DNA of 64,000 nucleotides from a virus (taxonomy: Duplodnaviria > Caudoviricetes). The notes under the pieces are model-generated. The model searched no databases and was not told the origin of the DNA. It was given only the letters and a program-made list of their open reading frames with translations. Positions 31,284 to 40,804 of this stretch are shown here, piece after piece. Numbering within the stretch: position 1 is the stretch's first letter; every line of letters starts with the position of its first letter. The stretch is taken from positions 1-64,000 of the IMG/VR virus record IMGVR_UViG_3300021255_000131. One strand, given 5' to 3'. A program made the position numbers and the translations under genes.

Positions 31284-32367
31284 ACTTCAGCAGAAACTCC
31301 GGATCAACAGCCTTGAAGCTCTTTCTGCCATCGAGCGAACGACAAACCAGGCCCTCCCGCAGGGTCTCCGGGTTGATCGCGGATGGACCATGCGCGGCGG
31401 CGATCATCTCGTCGACGGTGGCCGGGAGCTGTTTCTTTTCATACACGATGGGCACGAAGTCAATATCGTAGCAGGACAGAATGCCCTTCGCTTTTGTCGA
31501 GGAGGCGCGAACGCCCTGCGTGATCAGGTTGAAGGCGTAGAACTGCGGACCAGCAACCTTGTATTTGTTCTTCTGAATCTTCGGACCCAGACACTCGCCC
31601 TGGATGGCGATCCAATCGTTGTTGGCAATCAGGTTCATCAGCTTCTCCTTGAGCTTATACTTTTCGGAGACTTGCCAATAAACCGAACCGTCGTTCACGG
31701 GGAGACGACGGTTCCTGGAGCAGACGATGTACTCATATTTGACGCCGAAGAGCCGTTTATGTTTGACGAGCGCGAAGGTGCCGGAGGTGCCGTCTACCTT
31801 TTCCGTCCAAACATAAGGCTCCTTGTCTTCCAGATACCACGGCGCGGACTGGATGCGCGTCTCGTCCGTCTTCGAAATGAAGGATGGAAAGCCCTCCTCT
31901 TTCTTCTTGCCGAGCACAAGGCGCCTGAACCAGGCATACTTGCGCAGAAACTTCGGGAACCTGTTTAATTTCGCAGAATCTTTGCGGCTTGCTTTGGATG
32001 CGCCGCCTTCTCCGACCGGATCATCCATGTCAGGCTCATACTGTTTGACGCCCAGTATTTGTGTGACATCCTGACCGAGAATGTACTGCCCGGCAGGCAG
32101 TACAGACATCGGGAAGCAGATGCCCTGAGAGATGACGCCCGCCATTTTCATGGTTTTGATCCTGAAATTCTTGGACCTGAGGAATTCAAACTCCGGCTTT
32201 TCAGGAAGCACGGAATCGATCTCGATATAAACGCACTGATCGCCGACGTTATAGTCGGCTTTGCGTACGATGACGCGCCAGCCAAGCACTGTTGCCAGGA
32301 CGATCTGATCTCTGTCGGGGATCGGTTCGAGCGCGTCAATCCGTTGTACTGTCGCTAAGTGTCTCAT
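31276..32367 (-). CDS. RNA ligase (Rnl2-like, DRB0094 family) with N-terminal OB module
   Basis: Start MRHLATVQRI after AGGAG. 'FPSFISKTDETRIQ', motif I 'TEKVDGTS', 'IQGE', 'FYAF', 'REGLV..SFK'. Confidence 0.88.
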   Translation of the reverse strand: MRHLATVQRIDALEPIPDRDQIVLATVLGWRVIVRKADYNVGDQCVYIEIDSVLPEKPEFEFLRSKNFRIKTMKMAGVISQGICFPMSVLPAGQYILGQDVTQILGVKQYEPDMDDPVGEGGASKASRKDSAKLNRFPKFLRKYAWFRRLVLGKKKEEGFPSFISKTDETRIQSAPWYLEDKEPYVWTEKVDGTSGTFALVKHKRLFGVKYEYIVCSRNRRLPVNDGSVYWQVSEKYKLKEKLMNLIANNDWIAIQGECLGPKIQKNKYKVAGPQFYAFNLITQGVRASSTKAKGILSCYDIDFVPIVYEKKQLPATVDEMIAAAHGPSAINPETLREGLVCRSLDGRKSFKAVDPEFLLKYD

Positions 32368-32938
32368 TTGATTCTCCTGTAATCGGGTTGATCTTTGCAT
32401 AGATATCGCAATAGGTGGAATCATATGGATCGTCGATGGAGCAGATGTACCATGGTTTGGTACGGTATTTGTTGTGCGTGGTGCCGGACCAGTTGGACGA
32501 GCCCTGCCGGGCATGGATATACAGCACGTCGTTCCTGCCGACAAAGCGGTTGAACATGGCTAAGTTGTCTTCAACCTTTTTGCCGCTGTGCCGCAGAATG
32601 TACTTGACCATTTTGCGCGCTTTACCATGCAGGTTCTCCCAACGGATACCAGCAATGTCGTATCCGTTTTCATCCATGACGTAATACCGCTTCAGCTCTT
32701 TCTTCGTACGGCTGCTGTATGCGTGCCAAAACGGATTAAAAGACCAGCGCGGATGAGCTTCAACCAGATTCCGCAGGTCGTCGCTCAGCTTCATCTTCTT
32801 TGCCGCGGCGATCTCCTCCGCGACGATCGGCTTTTCATCAGACATCAGGCGCAGACCGCGCAATCTGTCGACAGAGATGCCGTTTTCACGCATGACAGTG
32901 CCAAGTGTTTCTATCTGTGCATATGCTCCAAGATCCAT
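32336..32938 (-). CDS. Phage hypothetical protein
   Basis: 'MDLGAYAQI..RLRGLRLM..YIHAR.G..DD..D.TYCDIYA'; AAGG RBS. Confidence 0.65.
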   Translation of the reverse strand: MDLGAYAQIETLGTVMRENGISVDRLRGLRLMSDEKPIVAEEIAAAKKMKLSDDLRNLVEAHPRWSFNPFWHAYSSRTKKELKRYYVMDENGYDIAGIRWENLHGKARKMVKYILRHSGKKVEDNLAMFNRFVGRNDVLYIHARQGSSNWSGTTHNKYRTKPWYICSIDDPYDSTYCDIYAKINPITGESNETLSDSTTD

Positions 32939-33126
32939 ATTGTTTTTCCTTTCTTTTATCGCTACGACGTCTCCAACTGGTTACCGGAAGCCGCATGGAT
33001 ACAAGACTTCGTAGCTCCAGCCGTTGTTAAGGCCTGTTAGCGGCCGCGTTTTTATCGGCTTCACCTTTTGCGGACGCATCCGCTTTCCAAACCAGCGGGC
33101 TCCAAAGAGCCGCCGGACCCAATGTA

Positions 33127-33765
33127 TTACCAGAGGATATCGTCGATGGATCCAATGATCCCGTCGCAGACCTTATACTTCATGCAATCCTCAGCGTTCA
33201 GCTCCCAATCGTTCGCCTTCTTGCGGTTGAGCGTCGCCTTCGGGATTTCGGTCTTCGTGAGAATATAATCCTTCATTTTCTTCAGGACTTTCTTGTAGGA
33301 CTCGGACGCGTCGAGCACCTTACCGGCGTCGCCCTCGAAGCCGGCAGAGCCCTCATGAATGATCATGGTGGCGTTGGGCGTCATGAACCGCTTCTGGCCG
33401 GCCATGAAGATGAGCCCGGCTGAGGAGTGTGCGACGCCGATATTGTAGGTGTACACAGGTGTTTTGGACGTCTGGATCGCGTCGACCAGCATCCACATGA
33501 AATCGCCAATGCCGCCATAGGACATGATGACGATGCGGATCGGCTTGCGCTCTTCAACAGGTTTGCCATAATCTTCCGCGTTCCAGAGCATAATCTGCTT
33601 ATGCAGGCGGAGCATGGACTCATTGACGTCGGTCTCCAGATAGATGACGCGGTCCTTAAGCAGCTGATGGTATGCGAGGTAATCAGGATCGGGGAAGTTT
33701 GGATCAGCGGACAGGGCTGAAAGAATTTCCGACAAGGCTTCGGTAATAGACATTTGTTCAGGCAT
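33127..33765 (-). CDS. clpP: ClpP-family protease
   Basis: 'IMSYGG', 'GVAHSSAGLIFMAG' (Ser), 'IIHEG' (His) and 'DWELNAEDC' (Asp). Confidence 0.85.
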   Translation of the reverse strand: MPEQMSITEALSEILSALSADPNFPDPDYLAYHQLLKDRVIYLETDVNESMLRLHKQIMLWNAEDYGKPVEERKPIRIVIMSYGGIGDFMWMLVDAIQTSKTPVYTYNIGVAHSSAGLIFMAGQKRFMTPNATMIIHEGSAGFEGDAGKVLDASESYKKVLKKMKDYILTKTEIPKATLNRKKANDWELNAEDCMKYKVCDGIIGSIDDILW

Positions 33766-33788
33766 AGAGTACCTCCAGATTGAATTGA

Positions 33789-34646
33789 TTACTGCGGCGG
33801 GTCCAGCAGATCGGCCAGCTTAGCGGTTTCAGACCGCACAGATTCGCGCAGATGCACGTAACCGAACAGCCGGTTGCCCTTCAAGCAGTTGACGGCGGCC
33901 AGCAGACCGTTGTCCCGCTCGAAAGCTTTCGCGTCGATCTGACGGAAATCGCCTTCAAGCACGAGCACGGAGCCTTCGGACACGCGGCCAAGCAGCAGCT
34001 GGACGTGCTCGCGGGTCAGGTGCTCCGCCTCGGAGCAGAAGATGATCGCGTTCTTGATGTCTCTGCCGCGCAGGAAGCCTAAGTGAACGACCTCGATCTT
34101 GCCGTGCTCGATCATGAAATCAAGCTGATCCTTGCCGCCGATATGATCGGCCAGTGGCATGGCCCAGACGGACATCTTGTCGTAGTAATCGCCTTTCAGA
34201 TGACCGATAGGGTTAGAATCTTTGACCTCAATGTTGTTGCGGACCCAGACGATCTTGTCAAAGGCGCCGTCCTGCAGGAGCTTAAACGCGCAGGCTGAGG
34301 TCAGGAACGTTTTGCCGGAGCCGAAGGAGCCGGACAGGCATTTGACGGTGGTCGTCTCGTCGAGCAGCAGATCAATGGCGCATTCCTGCTCGGCGTTCTT
34401 AGCCCTTACCTTGCCGAAGGCGGAGCTTTCGACAGGCTTGCGCCAGATGGGCTTATACTTGCCATCCTGCCACTTGTATTTGTCGACGACGTGGCCGGCT
34501 TCATCCGTCAGGAACAGGTACTGGTTTTCAGCCAGGTCGAAAACGTTACAGGTTTTGTCTGCATAAAGCTGTGCGGCTTCCGCCGACAACGCGGAAGCCG
34601 CCAGGATACCGGTGTAGTCATTAGGAAGTGTCTTAATAAACACCAC
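33789..34646 (-). CDS. phoH: PhoH-family ATPase
   Basis: GSFGSGKT, 'IGHLKG', 'FLRGR', 'LLLGRVSEGS..GDFRQID' and 'RSETA'. Confidence 0.9.
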   Translation of the reverse strand: MVFIKTLPNDYTGILAASALSAEAAQLYADKTCNVFDLAENQYLFLTDEAGHVVDKYKWQDGKYKPIWRKPVESSAFGKVRAKNAEQECAIDLLLDETTTVKCLSGSFGSGKTFLTSACAFKLLQDGAFDKIVWVRNNIEVKDSNPIGHLKGDYYDKMSVWAMPLADHIGGKDQLDFMIEHGKIEVVHLGFLRGRDIKNAIIFCSEAEHLTREHVQLLLGRVSEGSVLVLEGDFRQIDAKAFERDNGLLAAVNCLKGNRLFGYVHLRESVRSETAKLADLLDPPQ

Positions 34647-34656
34647 CCCTTTGCAG

Positions 34657-34926
34657 TTATTCTTTCGCGATGAATTCCTTCCACAAATCAGGGTTGGTCA
34701 TATCTGCGATGCGATGGCGGATGGCCGCGTACTCATCGGCCGAGAACTCCTGAGCGCGTTCGGCGATCGGCTGCTTCTTCTGGCCGACACACTCAAAGCG
34801 GCCCTTGATTTCAGGCTTGTTGGACCACAGCCATTCCTTGGCGGAGGGCAGGTTGCGAGCGTAGACGTAAAAGACTTTGCTGGCATCCGTTTTATCTGTG
34901 ATCCTGTAGATGTACGTTTGCTTCAT
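34657..34926 (-). CDS. Hypothetical protein
   Basis: Probable start MKQTYIYRI after AAAGGG. Confidence 0.5.
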   Translation of the reverse strand: MKQTYIYRITDKTDASKVFYVYARNLPSAKEWLWSNKPEIKGRFECVGQKKQPIAERAQEFSADEYAAIRHRIADMTNPDLWKEFIAKE

Positions 34927-35024
34927 CGTTTTCCCTTTCGGCATTGGTGGCGATGACCAGGCAGGCCGCGCAGCCATAATGCCACCAGCACGGACATGAT
35001 ACATAGTACACGCAGTCAACGCAC

Positions 35025-35606
35025 TCACGGGGCGGGCTGTTGGATACATCCATCTTTTTCTTCACTCACTTTCAATATGCCGTTCTGTACGAGGAATGAG
35101 ATTGCGACCGCCGCGGCATCTGACTCATCGTCGGTCTTGTATTCGAGACCCGGCAGCCATTGCGGCAGCGCTTTCGCGACGTCTTCCTTGGTGGCTTTGC
35201 CGGAGCCGGTGATACACTTTTTGACGGTGACGGGATAGATCTCCGACCAGTCCAGCTTCAGCCGGTACAGCAGCCAGTCCATGACGCCGACGACCTTGTA
35301 GATACCGATCTCCGCCTGTGAAGCCCTGGCGTTGAACGCCTTCTCCCTGACGAAGTAAATCGGCACGCCGTCGTCCGGCATAAAGAAAGCGAACGCCTTC
35401 ATGATTTCATCCAGCAGCTGGCCGTGCGATTTCTGGTTGGCCTTGTTGTCGACGCTGACGGCGGCCGCGCTTTGGAGCGCGGCGCCGTCAGGAGAATTGG
35501 TGACGAGGATTTTGCAGAAGCCTGGCCTGCGCAAACTGAGATCCGCCGCGACGACCCAATACTTATCCGGCAGACGCAGCGGTTCCGACTGTTTCTTTTT
35601 CGCCAT
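35025..35606 (-). CDS. RuvC-like Holliday junction resolvase
   Basis: 'AADLSLRRPG', 'VREK', 'PVTVKKCITGSGKATKEDV' and 'DDESDAAAVA'. Confidence 0.85.
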   Translation of the reverse strand: MAKKKQSEPLRLPDKYWVVAADLSLRRPGFCKILVTNSPDGAALQSAAAVSVDNKANQKSHGQLLDEIMKAFAFFMPDDGVPIYFVREKAFNARASQAEIGIYKVVGVMDWLLYRLKLDWSEIYPVTVKKCITGSGKATKEDVAKALPQWLPGLEYKTDDESDAAAVAISFLVQNGILKVSEEKDGCIQQPAP

Positions 35607-35929
35607 CAGACGTGATGCATGATCTTTCCGACGGGCTTCGGTACAAACGTCCGTTCTTCGGTCATAACGGGCTGGAAATCATCGGGGCAATGAAGCTCAC
35701 AGATATCAAGCCAGTAGTCCGTGAACTCCAAACAGATGCTGAACGCGTCGATTGCGCTGCAGCTATCCCAGTGATAGGCGTCTGGATCTTCCGAGTCAAA
35801 GCGTTCCCGCCAGGCGTTTCTACCAGCTGCATCATCGAAAATTTGATCCAGCAGCCAAGCTTTCGCCATGGATTCTGTGGTGCATACATACATGTTTTCG
35901 CCTTGTTCAGAACATACATAAACTTTCAT
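35606..35929 (-). CDS. Hypothetical protein
   Basis: AAGGAG RBS; coupled to the resolvase gene. Confidence 0.55.
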   Translation of the reverse strand: MKVYVCSEQGENMYVCTTESMAKAWLLDQIFDDAAGRNAWRERFDSEDPDAYHWDSCSAIDAFSICLEFTDYWLDICELHCPDDFQPVMTEERTFVPKPVGKIMHHV

Positions 35930-35946
35930 AGCATCAAACTCCTTTA

Positions 35947-36297
35947 TTAGAATTCTTCCTTCAATGGTTCAAGAAACGGTAGGCTGTCCATATAATCGTT
36001 GTACGTCTCGATGACGTACTGCAGGGCGACGTCGTCGTCGACTTCCTCGTCCCAACGCTCAAAGAAGGGCGCGTACTGGAACGACCAGCTGTCTGTGACC
36101 AGCACGTTGTCAAAGTCATTCCATTCCGACATGTCGCGATCGAACGCGACGCAGATGGTGAACTCACTGTCTGTCACTTTATTGATAAATGTTTTGGCGA
36201 TATATCCCATCGCGCCGCCTTTGACCCAGCCGCCATCAAGGTGCATGCTTCTCGGCAAAGGAGCGCCGTTATACTGATAGCGTTTGATTCTGCTCAT
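35947..36297 (-). CDS. Hypothetical protein
   Basis: Coupled to nrdG by an ATGA-type overlap. Confidence 0.55.
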   Translation of the reverse strand: MSRIKRYQYNGAPLPRSMHLDGGWVKGGAMGYIAKTFINKVTDSEFTICVAFDRDMSEWNDFDNVLVTDSWSFQYAPFFERWDEEVDDDVALQYVIETYNDYMDSLPFLEPLKEEF

Positions 36298-36788
36298 AGA
36301 TATTCCTTTTGAAACTTGTGTGTAATATCAAAAACTGCGGGACGGTTTTGATCGTCCCGCAGTTTAAACATACGCTGATTTGTATTCGGATCCGATAAAG
36401 GCCCGTGATCCCGCTGCCAGGAACCGAACTTAATATAGTCCAGATGCTGAAGCAGTTGACCGTCGATCACTTTCAGGCTGTCTGCGCCAGTATACAAACA
36501 AACTTTGAACCCAAGTTTGTGCGCGAGACGAGCACAATAGATCAGCTCGCGCGGCCGCCATTCGCCGCCCATAAAGCAGACGCAGGTAACGCCGCCTGTA
36601 TAGGTGAGACTATCCAGAATCTGCTGAAACATGGGAGCAAACGGTTCGCCGGTGTAAGACCACAGGTCCTGCGAGTGACAGCCGTCACAGCGATGCGGAC
36701 AATCTGTGATATTGAACGCGACGGCGATTTCGTCCGGCACTTCCTGCAAACAGACCGCGGCACCCTGGCATTTAAGCGGTCTGTTCAT
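36294..36788 (-). CDS. nrdG: Anaerobic RNR activase (radical SAM)
   Basis: CPHRCDGCHS (CxxxCxxC), MGGE and TNQR; adjacent to nrdD. Confidence 0.92.
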   Translation of the reverse strand: MNRPLKCQGAAVCLQEVPDEIAVAFNITDCPHRCDGCHSQDLWSYTGEPFAPMFQQILDSLTYTGGVTCVCFMGGEWRPRELIYCARLAHKLGFKVCLYTGADSLKVIDGQLLQHLDYIKFGSWQRDHGPLSDPNTNQRMFKLRDDQNRPAVFDITHKFQKEYL

Positions 36789-38658
36789 GCGGGACCTCCG
36801 CGTAATAGCGCCTCGCGGCTTCCTTCTGCCTGGCCTCAGAGAACGAGGAGATGAGCTTCAGATAACCAATAACACGGGTAGCCCAATCCAGATTATCGCT
36901 GCCGCACTTGGGGCATCTGGCCAGCTTATGCTTGCTGATATGCCCGCAATCCCGGCACACGGTGTTCGGTATATTGAAGGTGAAGTAAGGACAGCCGGTC
37001 TCAATGGCGTAATCCATGAGCCTGCGGTACTGCGCCTTGCTTAAATGCTCGTCCAGGTTGCAGTGCAAGGCGGAACCGCCGTCCAGATACTGCGTAAACT
37101 GCTTGCCGTGAAGAATGAACTTATCCAACACGGAAGTAGACGGATCTTCTACGAGATAGAAATAGGAATTGTAGCAGGCGCGAGGCACGGCATAACCGTC
37201 TCGCTTGTCCCACTTGGCGTTCTTGACACCAAGATTTTCGGCAGGCACATATTCAGTATTGAACATGATGCCCTCTTCGCGATCGGCTTTATTGAGATCG
37301 CTGATCAGCTTCAATACAGTATTGACGAAGGTCTGATATTCTTTGCAGCCGGGCTTGATCTGATAGCCGAGAAACTCGGCGGCTTCAACCAGACCGTTGA
37401 TACCGACCGTAAGATACTGGCGATCCGGCGCGACGAACTGAGCGTCGTACATCGGCAGGAGGCCCGCTTCGTTACGGTCCGTCAAGATGGTGTTGAAAGC
37501 TTTCAGATATTTATGTACGCGGGCGACTTCAACCTGGATCGCGCCATAAACCTTCTGCATGAAGGGTACGGCGCTGAAATCAGGATCTGGATGATGAGCC
37601 GCTTCCTGAACAATGCGATTGATGTTGATGGTCATGACGCACTTGGAGCCGGTGGATACGCCGCCGGCGCCGAGCGTATACGAGAACTGATTATCCTGGA
37701 TCTCGTTACGCAAACGGCAGCAGGAGGCCAGGCTGTCTACGTTATCGGAACGGTAGAGGAAGAAGGAGTGGCCCTTCGACCACATTTCCGCTACGAAGTC
37801 AGCCCATTCCTGATCCTTATATCGCTTGCCGTCGTCCAGAAGGTTGACCGTTTCAACGGGGAATGTAAGGACTTTGCGCAGCCGCTCCTGGTTAAACCAG
37901 GTCATGAACCGTTTCTGCAGCCAGTTGACGGATGCCCACTGCATGGGTGTGCCATCCGGGAAGCAGAAGTCTTCGAACATGCCGGCGAAATAGTACTTGT
38001 CGAAGTAGGCGATGTTCCAGAAAACCGCCTGATTGCCACGAGCTGCGGCAGGCTGGTTGATAGAGTAGACCACTTGCTCAAAGCAGTCCGTAATGACACG
38101 GTCGATGGATCGGCCGCGCGTCGTCATATCAACGACTTGATCCGGGTGCAGATAGTATTCGTTGCCGTATTCCTGTCGGATAAAGTAATCCATATACGGA
38201 AGAAATTCCGGCGTGGATACAGCTCCGGCCAGCTGCGCGGCGGCCGCGAAGACAAGGTTGATAAAAGCGCCGCAGAAAGAAGAAAGATTCTTCGGAGCGG
38301 CGGAGGTACCGCCCAGATCCTTTAAACCCTTCAGCAGGAACGGATACATGGTGATGGAAGCGCAATAAGGCTTTCCACATAGGGCCGTCTCATCGTGTCG
38401 ATAGATGCGGTGCGTTTCCAGGTCTTCGATATATTGCTTCGCCAGGTCCTCACCGTACAGCTCGGCGATACGCTGCTGCATGGCGAGACGGTTGATGGCG
38501 ATGGCTTCTTTCTTAAATATTTCCGACTCCATGGTAGCGATGGATTTCTTTTCCACGTTTGCGTTGGCGTCCACCTCGGAGCCGGAAGCGGCGTTGACCG
38601 CCTCGGAATAATTCTTGATAAAATTCAGATAAGGCTGGCGGTCTGCGTATTTATACAT
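36772..38658 (-). CDS. nrdD: Class III anaerobic ribonucleotide reductase
   Basis: 'IYRHD..PYC', 'LTFPV', 'SCCRL', 'EYVPAE', CxxC..CPKCG, and glycyl-radical loop 'TRVIGYL'. Start MYKY at 38658. Confidence 0.95.
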   Translation of the reverse strand: MYKYADRQPYLNFIKNYSEAVNAASGSEVDANANVEKKSIATMESEIFKKEAIAINRLAMQQRIAELYGEDLAKQYIEDLETHRIYRHDETALCGKPYCASITMYPFLLKGLKDLGGTSAAPKNLSSFCGAFINLVFAAAAQLAGAVSTPEFLPYMDYFIRQEYGNEYYLHPDQVVDMTTRGRSIDRVITDCFEQVVYSINQPAAARGNQAVFWNIAYFDKYYFAGMFEDFCFPDGTPMQWASVNWLQKRFMTWFNQERLRKVLTFPVETVNLLDDGKRYKDQEWADFVAEMWSKGHSFFLYRSDNVDSLASCCRLRNEIQDNQFSYTLGAGGVSTGSKCVMTININRIVQEAAHHPDPDFSAVPFMQKVYGAIQVEVARVHKYLKAFNTILTDRNEAGLLPMYDAQFVAPDRQYLTVGINGLVEAAEFLGYQIKPGCKEYQTFVNTVLKLISDLNKADREEGIMFNTEYVPAENLGVKNAKWDKRDGYAVPRACYNSYFYLVEDPSTSVLDKFILHGKQFTQYLDGGSALHCNLDEHLSKAQYRRLMDYAIETGCPYFTFNIPNTVCRDCGHISKHKLARCPKCGSDNLDWATRVIGYLKLISSFSEARQKEAARRYYAEVPHEQTA

Positions 38659-38863
38659 GCGGCGCGCCACCCTTCGTAAGAGCGATAATATCAGGCAGAT
38701 GATATACCTGTCCATCCATCACAAGCGCCGGCACGGAAGAAATATCATACCGTTTCGCCTCGTCGGCGTCTTGCGAAATGATGTACTGGATTTGGCTGTC
38801 GTCCAAAATGGCTTTCGCGAGCTGACACTTCGCGCAGCCGGACGACGTAAAGAGAATGTTCAT
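38651..38863 (-). CDS. Glutaredoxin/NrdH-like protein
   Basis: CAKC active site and SVPAL cis-Pro motif. Confidence 0.85.
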   Translation of the reverse strand: MNILFTSSGCAKCQLAKAILDDSQIQYIISQDADEAKRYDISSVPALVMDGQVYHLPDIIALTKGGAPHV

Positions 38864-38885
38864 GAAAACAACTCCTGTTAATAGC

Positions 38886-38914
38886 CCGAAGGGGCGCTTT
38901 GAGGCGCCCCTTCG
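38886..38914. terminator. GC-rich intergenic hairpin
   Basis: CCGAAGGGGCGC-TTTGAG-GCGCCCCTTCGG, a 12-bp stem with no clear U tract. Confidence 0.5.
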
Positions 38915-38929
38915 GTGAGAATGATTTGA

Positions 38930-39397
38930 TTATTCTGCGAGATCCGCGATGATCTCGTCGAGTTCAAGCTCTGTCGCTTCGATCAGGTCGTTGAGTGCGT
39001 TGAGCTCTTCCTTGCAGCGATTACGCGCGGCCTTGTAATGCTCAAGTTCCTGCGCTACACGATCGCGCTGCTGCGCGAGCGTTTGCTTTCCATCATCGAG
39101 CTGTTCGGTCTTTTCTTCTTCGAGCACGGCTTTAAACATGGCGTCCGCCTCCTTGATATCCGCGTCGGGACCGGCCTTTTCAAACAGCTGGTCGAGACAA
39201 ACCGTCAGATCATATTCAACATCCTCAAGGATGTCCTCAAGATTATCAATCTTCTGACGTTCAGAGATCTTCAGTTCTTCGGACATCGAGGCCGCGTAGC
39301 GTTTCAGATCACGCTTACGGTTGCTGATTTCTGTTACGAGGCGGAGGCGTTCTGCGTCGTACTGCTGCACCTTATCTTTAAGCTCATCGATATTCAA
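38930..39397 (-). CDS. Coiled-coil protein
   Basis: Heptad-rich and E/K-rich; AAGGAAGG RBS. Confidence 0.6.
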   Translation of the reverse strand: MNIDELKDKVQQYDAERLRLVTEISNRKRDLKRYAASMSEELKISERQKIDNLEDILEDVEYDLTVCLDQLFEKAGPDADIKEADAMFKAVLEEEKTEQLDDGKQTLAQQRDRVAQELEHYKAARNRCKEELNALNDLIEATELELDEIIADLAE

Positions 39398-40065
39398 TCG
39401 ACAGCACTTCCTTCCTTTGAGACGTATTGATGATAGAGATCGTCAAACGCTACGGGAACGGCATCGGCTGAGAGCTTAAGCATCTTGGTTGCAAGCGATC
39501 GCATCTGAGGATATGCGGCGGGGGAGCAGCGTAGTTCAAAGATGTGACGCCATTCGCGTACGTTTGCCTTCATAATGATGCGGCAAGCTGTCGAGTTTGG
39601 TAATACCTCTCTGGCTTGCTCAGGTTTCATGCCCAGAGAGATTAGCGTCTTATAGGTGCTTTCCGCGGACAACATGGCGTCGTACCATGCCGCGGAGCCA
39701 TTACGAACAATGGAATCACCGCTTTCAGAATCAAACCACTCGGGGAGAATGAATGTGATGTCACCCGTTTTCGCCTCTTGAATATACCGCTGCGACTCAA
39801 CGCAGAAGGAAGCGAGACGGTGACGGGTCATTTCGGCCAGCACAGCGCGTGATGTGGTGATATCGAATGTGAGATCAGCAAACTCAAGCGGCGTTTCGTG
39901 GCCACGCTCAATGAGAGACTTTGTGAAACGAAGACAGGAGTCTTCTGTTGTTTTGGCATGCGAAGCATAGCAATTCCGGCCAGCGAACTCAATTGCTTTC
40001 AGCAAGGTGAGTCCTTCGCCGGGTGCCGGCTTCAGCAAAACTGCCTGTTGTTCAGTGAGAATCAA
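39394..40065 (-). CDS. thyX: Flavin-dependent thymidylate synthase
   Basis: 'GHETPLE', 'RHRLASFCVESQRY' (RHRx7S), 'AREVLP' and 'NVREWRH..LR'. Confidence 0.95.
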   Translation of the reverse strand: MILTEQQAVLLKPAPGEGLTLLKAIEFAGRNCYASHAKTTEDSCLRFTKSLIERGHETPLEFADLTFDITTSRAVLAEMTRHRLASFCVESQRYIQEAKTGDITFILPEWFDSESGDSIVRNGSAAWYDAMLSAESTYKTLISLGMKPEQAREVLPNSTACRIIMKANVREWRHIFELRCSPAAYPQMRSLATKMLKLSADAVPVAFDDLYHQYVSKEGSAVD

Positions 40066-40460
40066 ATAGACACCTCTGATTCTTCCGCTTCCGCCGTCAT
40101 TTCTGGCACGTCTTCATCTTCTAAATCAGGGTCTGGTTCTTCATCGTCAATATCGTAAACGCGCATGCGCTCAGGCGTGCGGAATTTTGTTGGGTTGACT
40201 TTCTTATAGTTTGCCTTTTCGATGGCAGACAAAAGCCGCGTGACAGTCAGCGGAGAAGCGATGACGGACCCGTTGTCCAGAAAGATCGCTGAGTTGACTT
40301 TCGCGCGGCCGGCCGCGTTGATCAGCGTGCCCGCCTGTTTCTCATCCTTGATGGTGCGGCGGGCCTGATACGCGTTGGTTGACATGATGGCGACGATGCG
40401 CGTGGCGCAGATCGAAACGTCATCAGACACCTTGATAAAACGTAGGGGAAGTTGATACAA
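40062..40460 (-). CDS. RemA/DUF370-like regulator with acidic tail
   Basis: 'FIKVSDDVSICATRIVAIMS..ARRTIKDEKQAGTLINAAG..NSAIFLDNGSVIASPL' parallels the RemA pattern as I recall it ([42 protein letters not shown]). Confidence 0.7.
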   Translation of the reverse strand: MYQLPLRFIKVSDDVSICATRIVAIMSTNAYQARRTIKDEKQAGTLINAAGRAKVNSAIFLDNGSVIASPLTVTRLLSAIEKANYKKVNPTKFRTPERMRVYDIDDEEPDPDLEDEDVPEMTAEAEESEVSI

Positions 40461-40474
40461 ATAACATCACTTCT

Positions 40475-40801
40475 TTATTCGAAGGGCTCGAACAAATCAG
40501 TCTCTGTGCCGAGCGCGGTATCCCAGCTCTGGCCGGCATAGCCGTCGATATCGTAGTGAATCTGCTGGCCTGTGAAGCCGGACCAGCTTTCGCCGAGATA
40601 CCTGCCGTTGGCGTCGTGATGAGTGTAATCGGCAAGCAATCCCGGATCAGAATAGCCGACATAGCCGCCGTTGGCGTCGTAGTGCTCGAAAGAGCCTGGG
40701 ATCAGCCCGGGACGGGACTCGCCGGCGTAATTTCCAAACTCGTCGTAATGGATCTTGCCGCCAAACAGGCCGTCGACACTGGTATAATGCTTGCCTTTCA
40801 T
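40475..40801 (-). CDS. Beta-hairpin repeat protein
   Basis: Four ~21-aa repeats HYDxxGxYxGxSxxG. Confidence 0.65.
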   Translation of the reverse strand: MKGKHYTSVDGLFGGKIHYDEFGNYAGESRPGLIPGSFEHYDANGGYVGYSDPGLLADYTHHDANGRYLGESWSGFTGQQIHYDIDGYAGQSWDTALGTETDLFEPFE

Positions 40802-40804
40802 AGA

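Noticed and set aside
37045-38325. 426-aa + strand ORF and similar long ORFs (28757..29557, 46181..47050, 48248..49414)
   Set aside because: These are antisense shadows of well-supported GC-rich - strand genes, with no motifs or RBS.
16468-38914. Similar TTTGA loops in hairpins at 16468, 18594 and 38886 as a shared signal
   Set aside because: Only three short matches, lying in oppositely transcribed arms; chance cannot be excluded.
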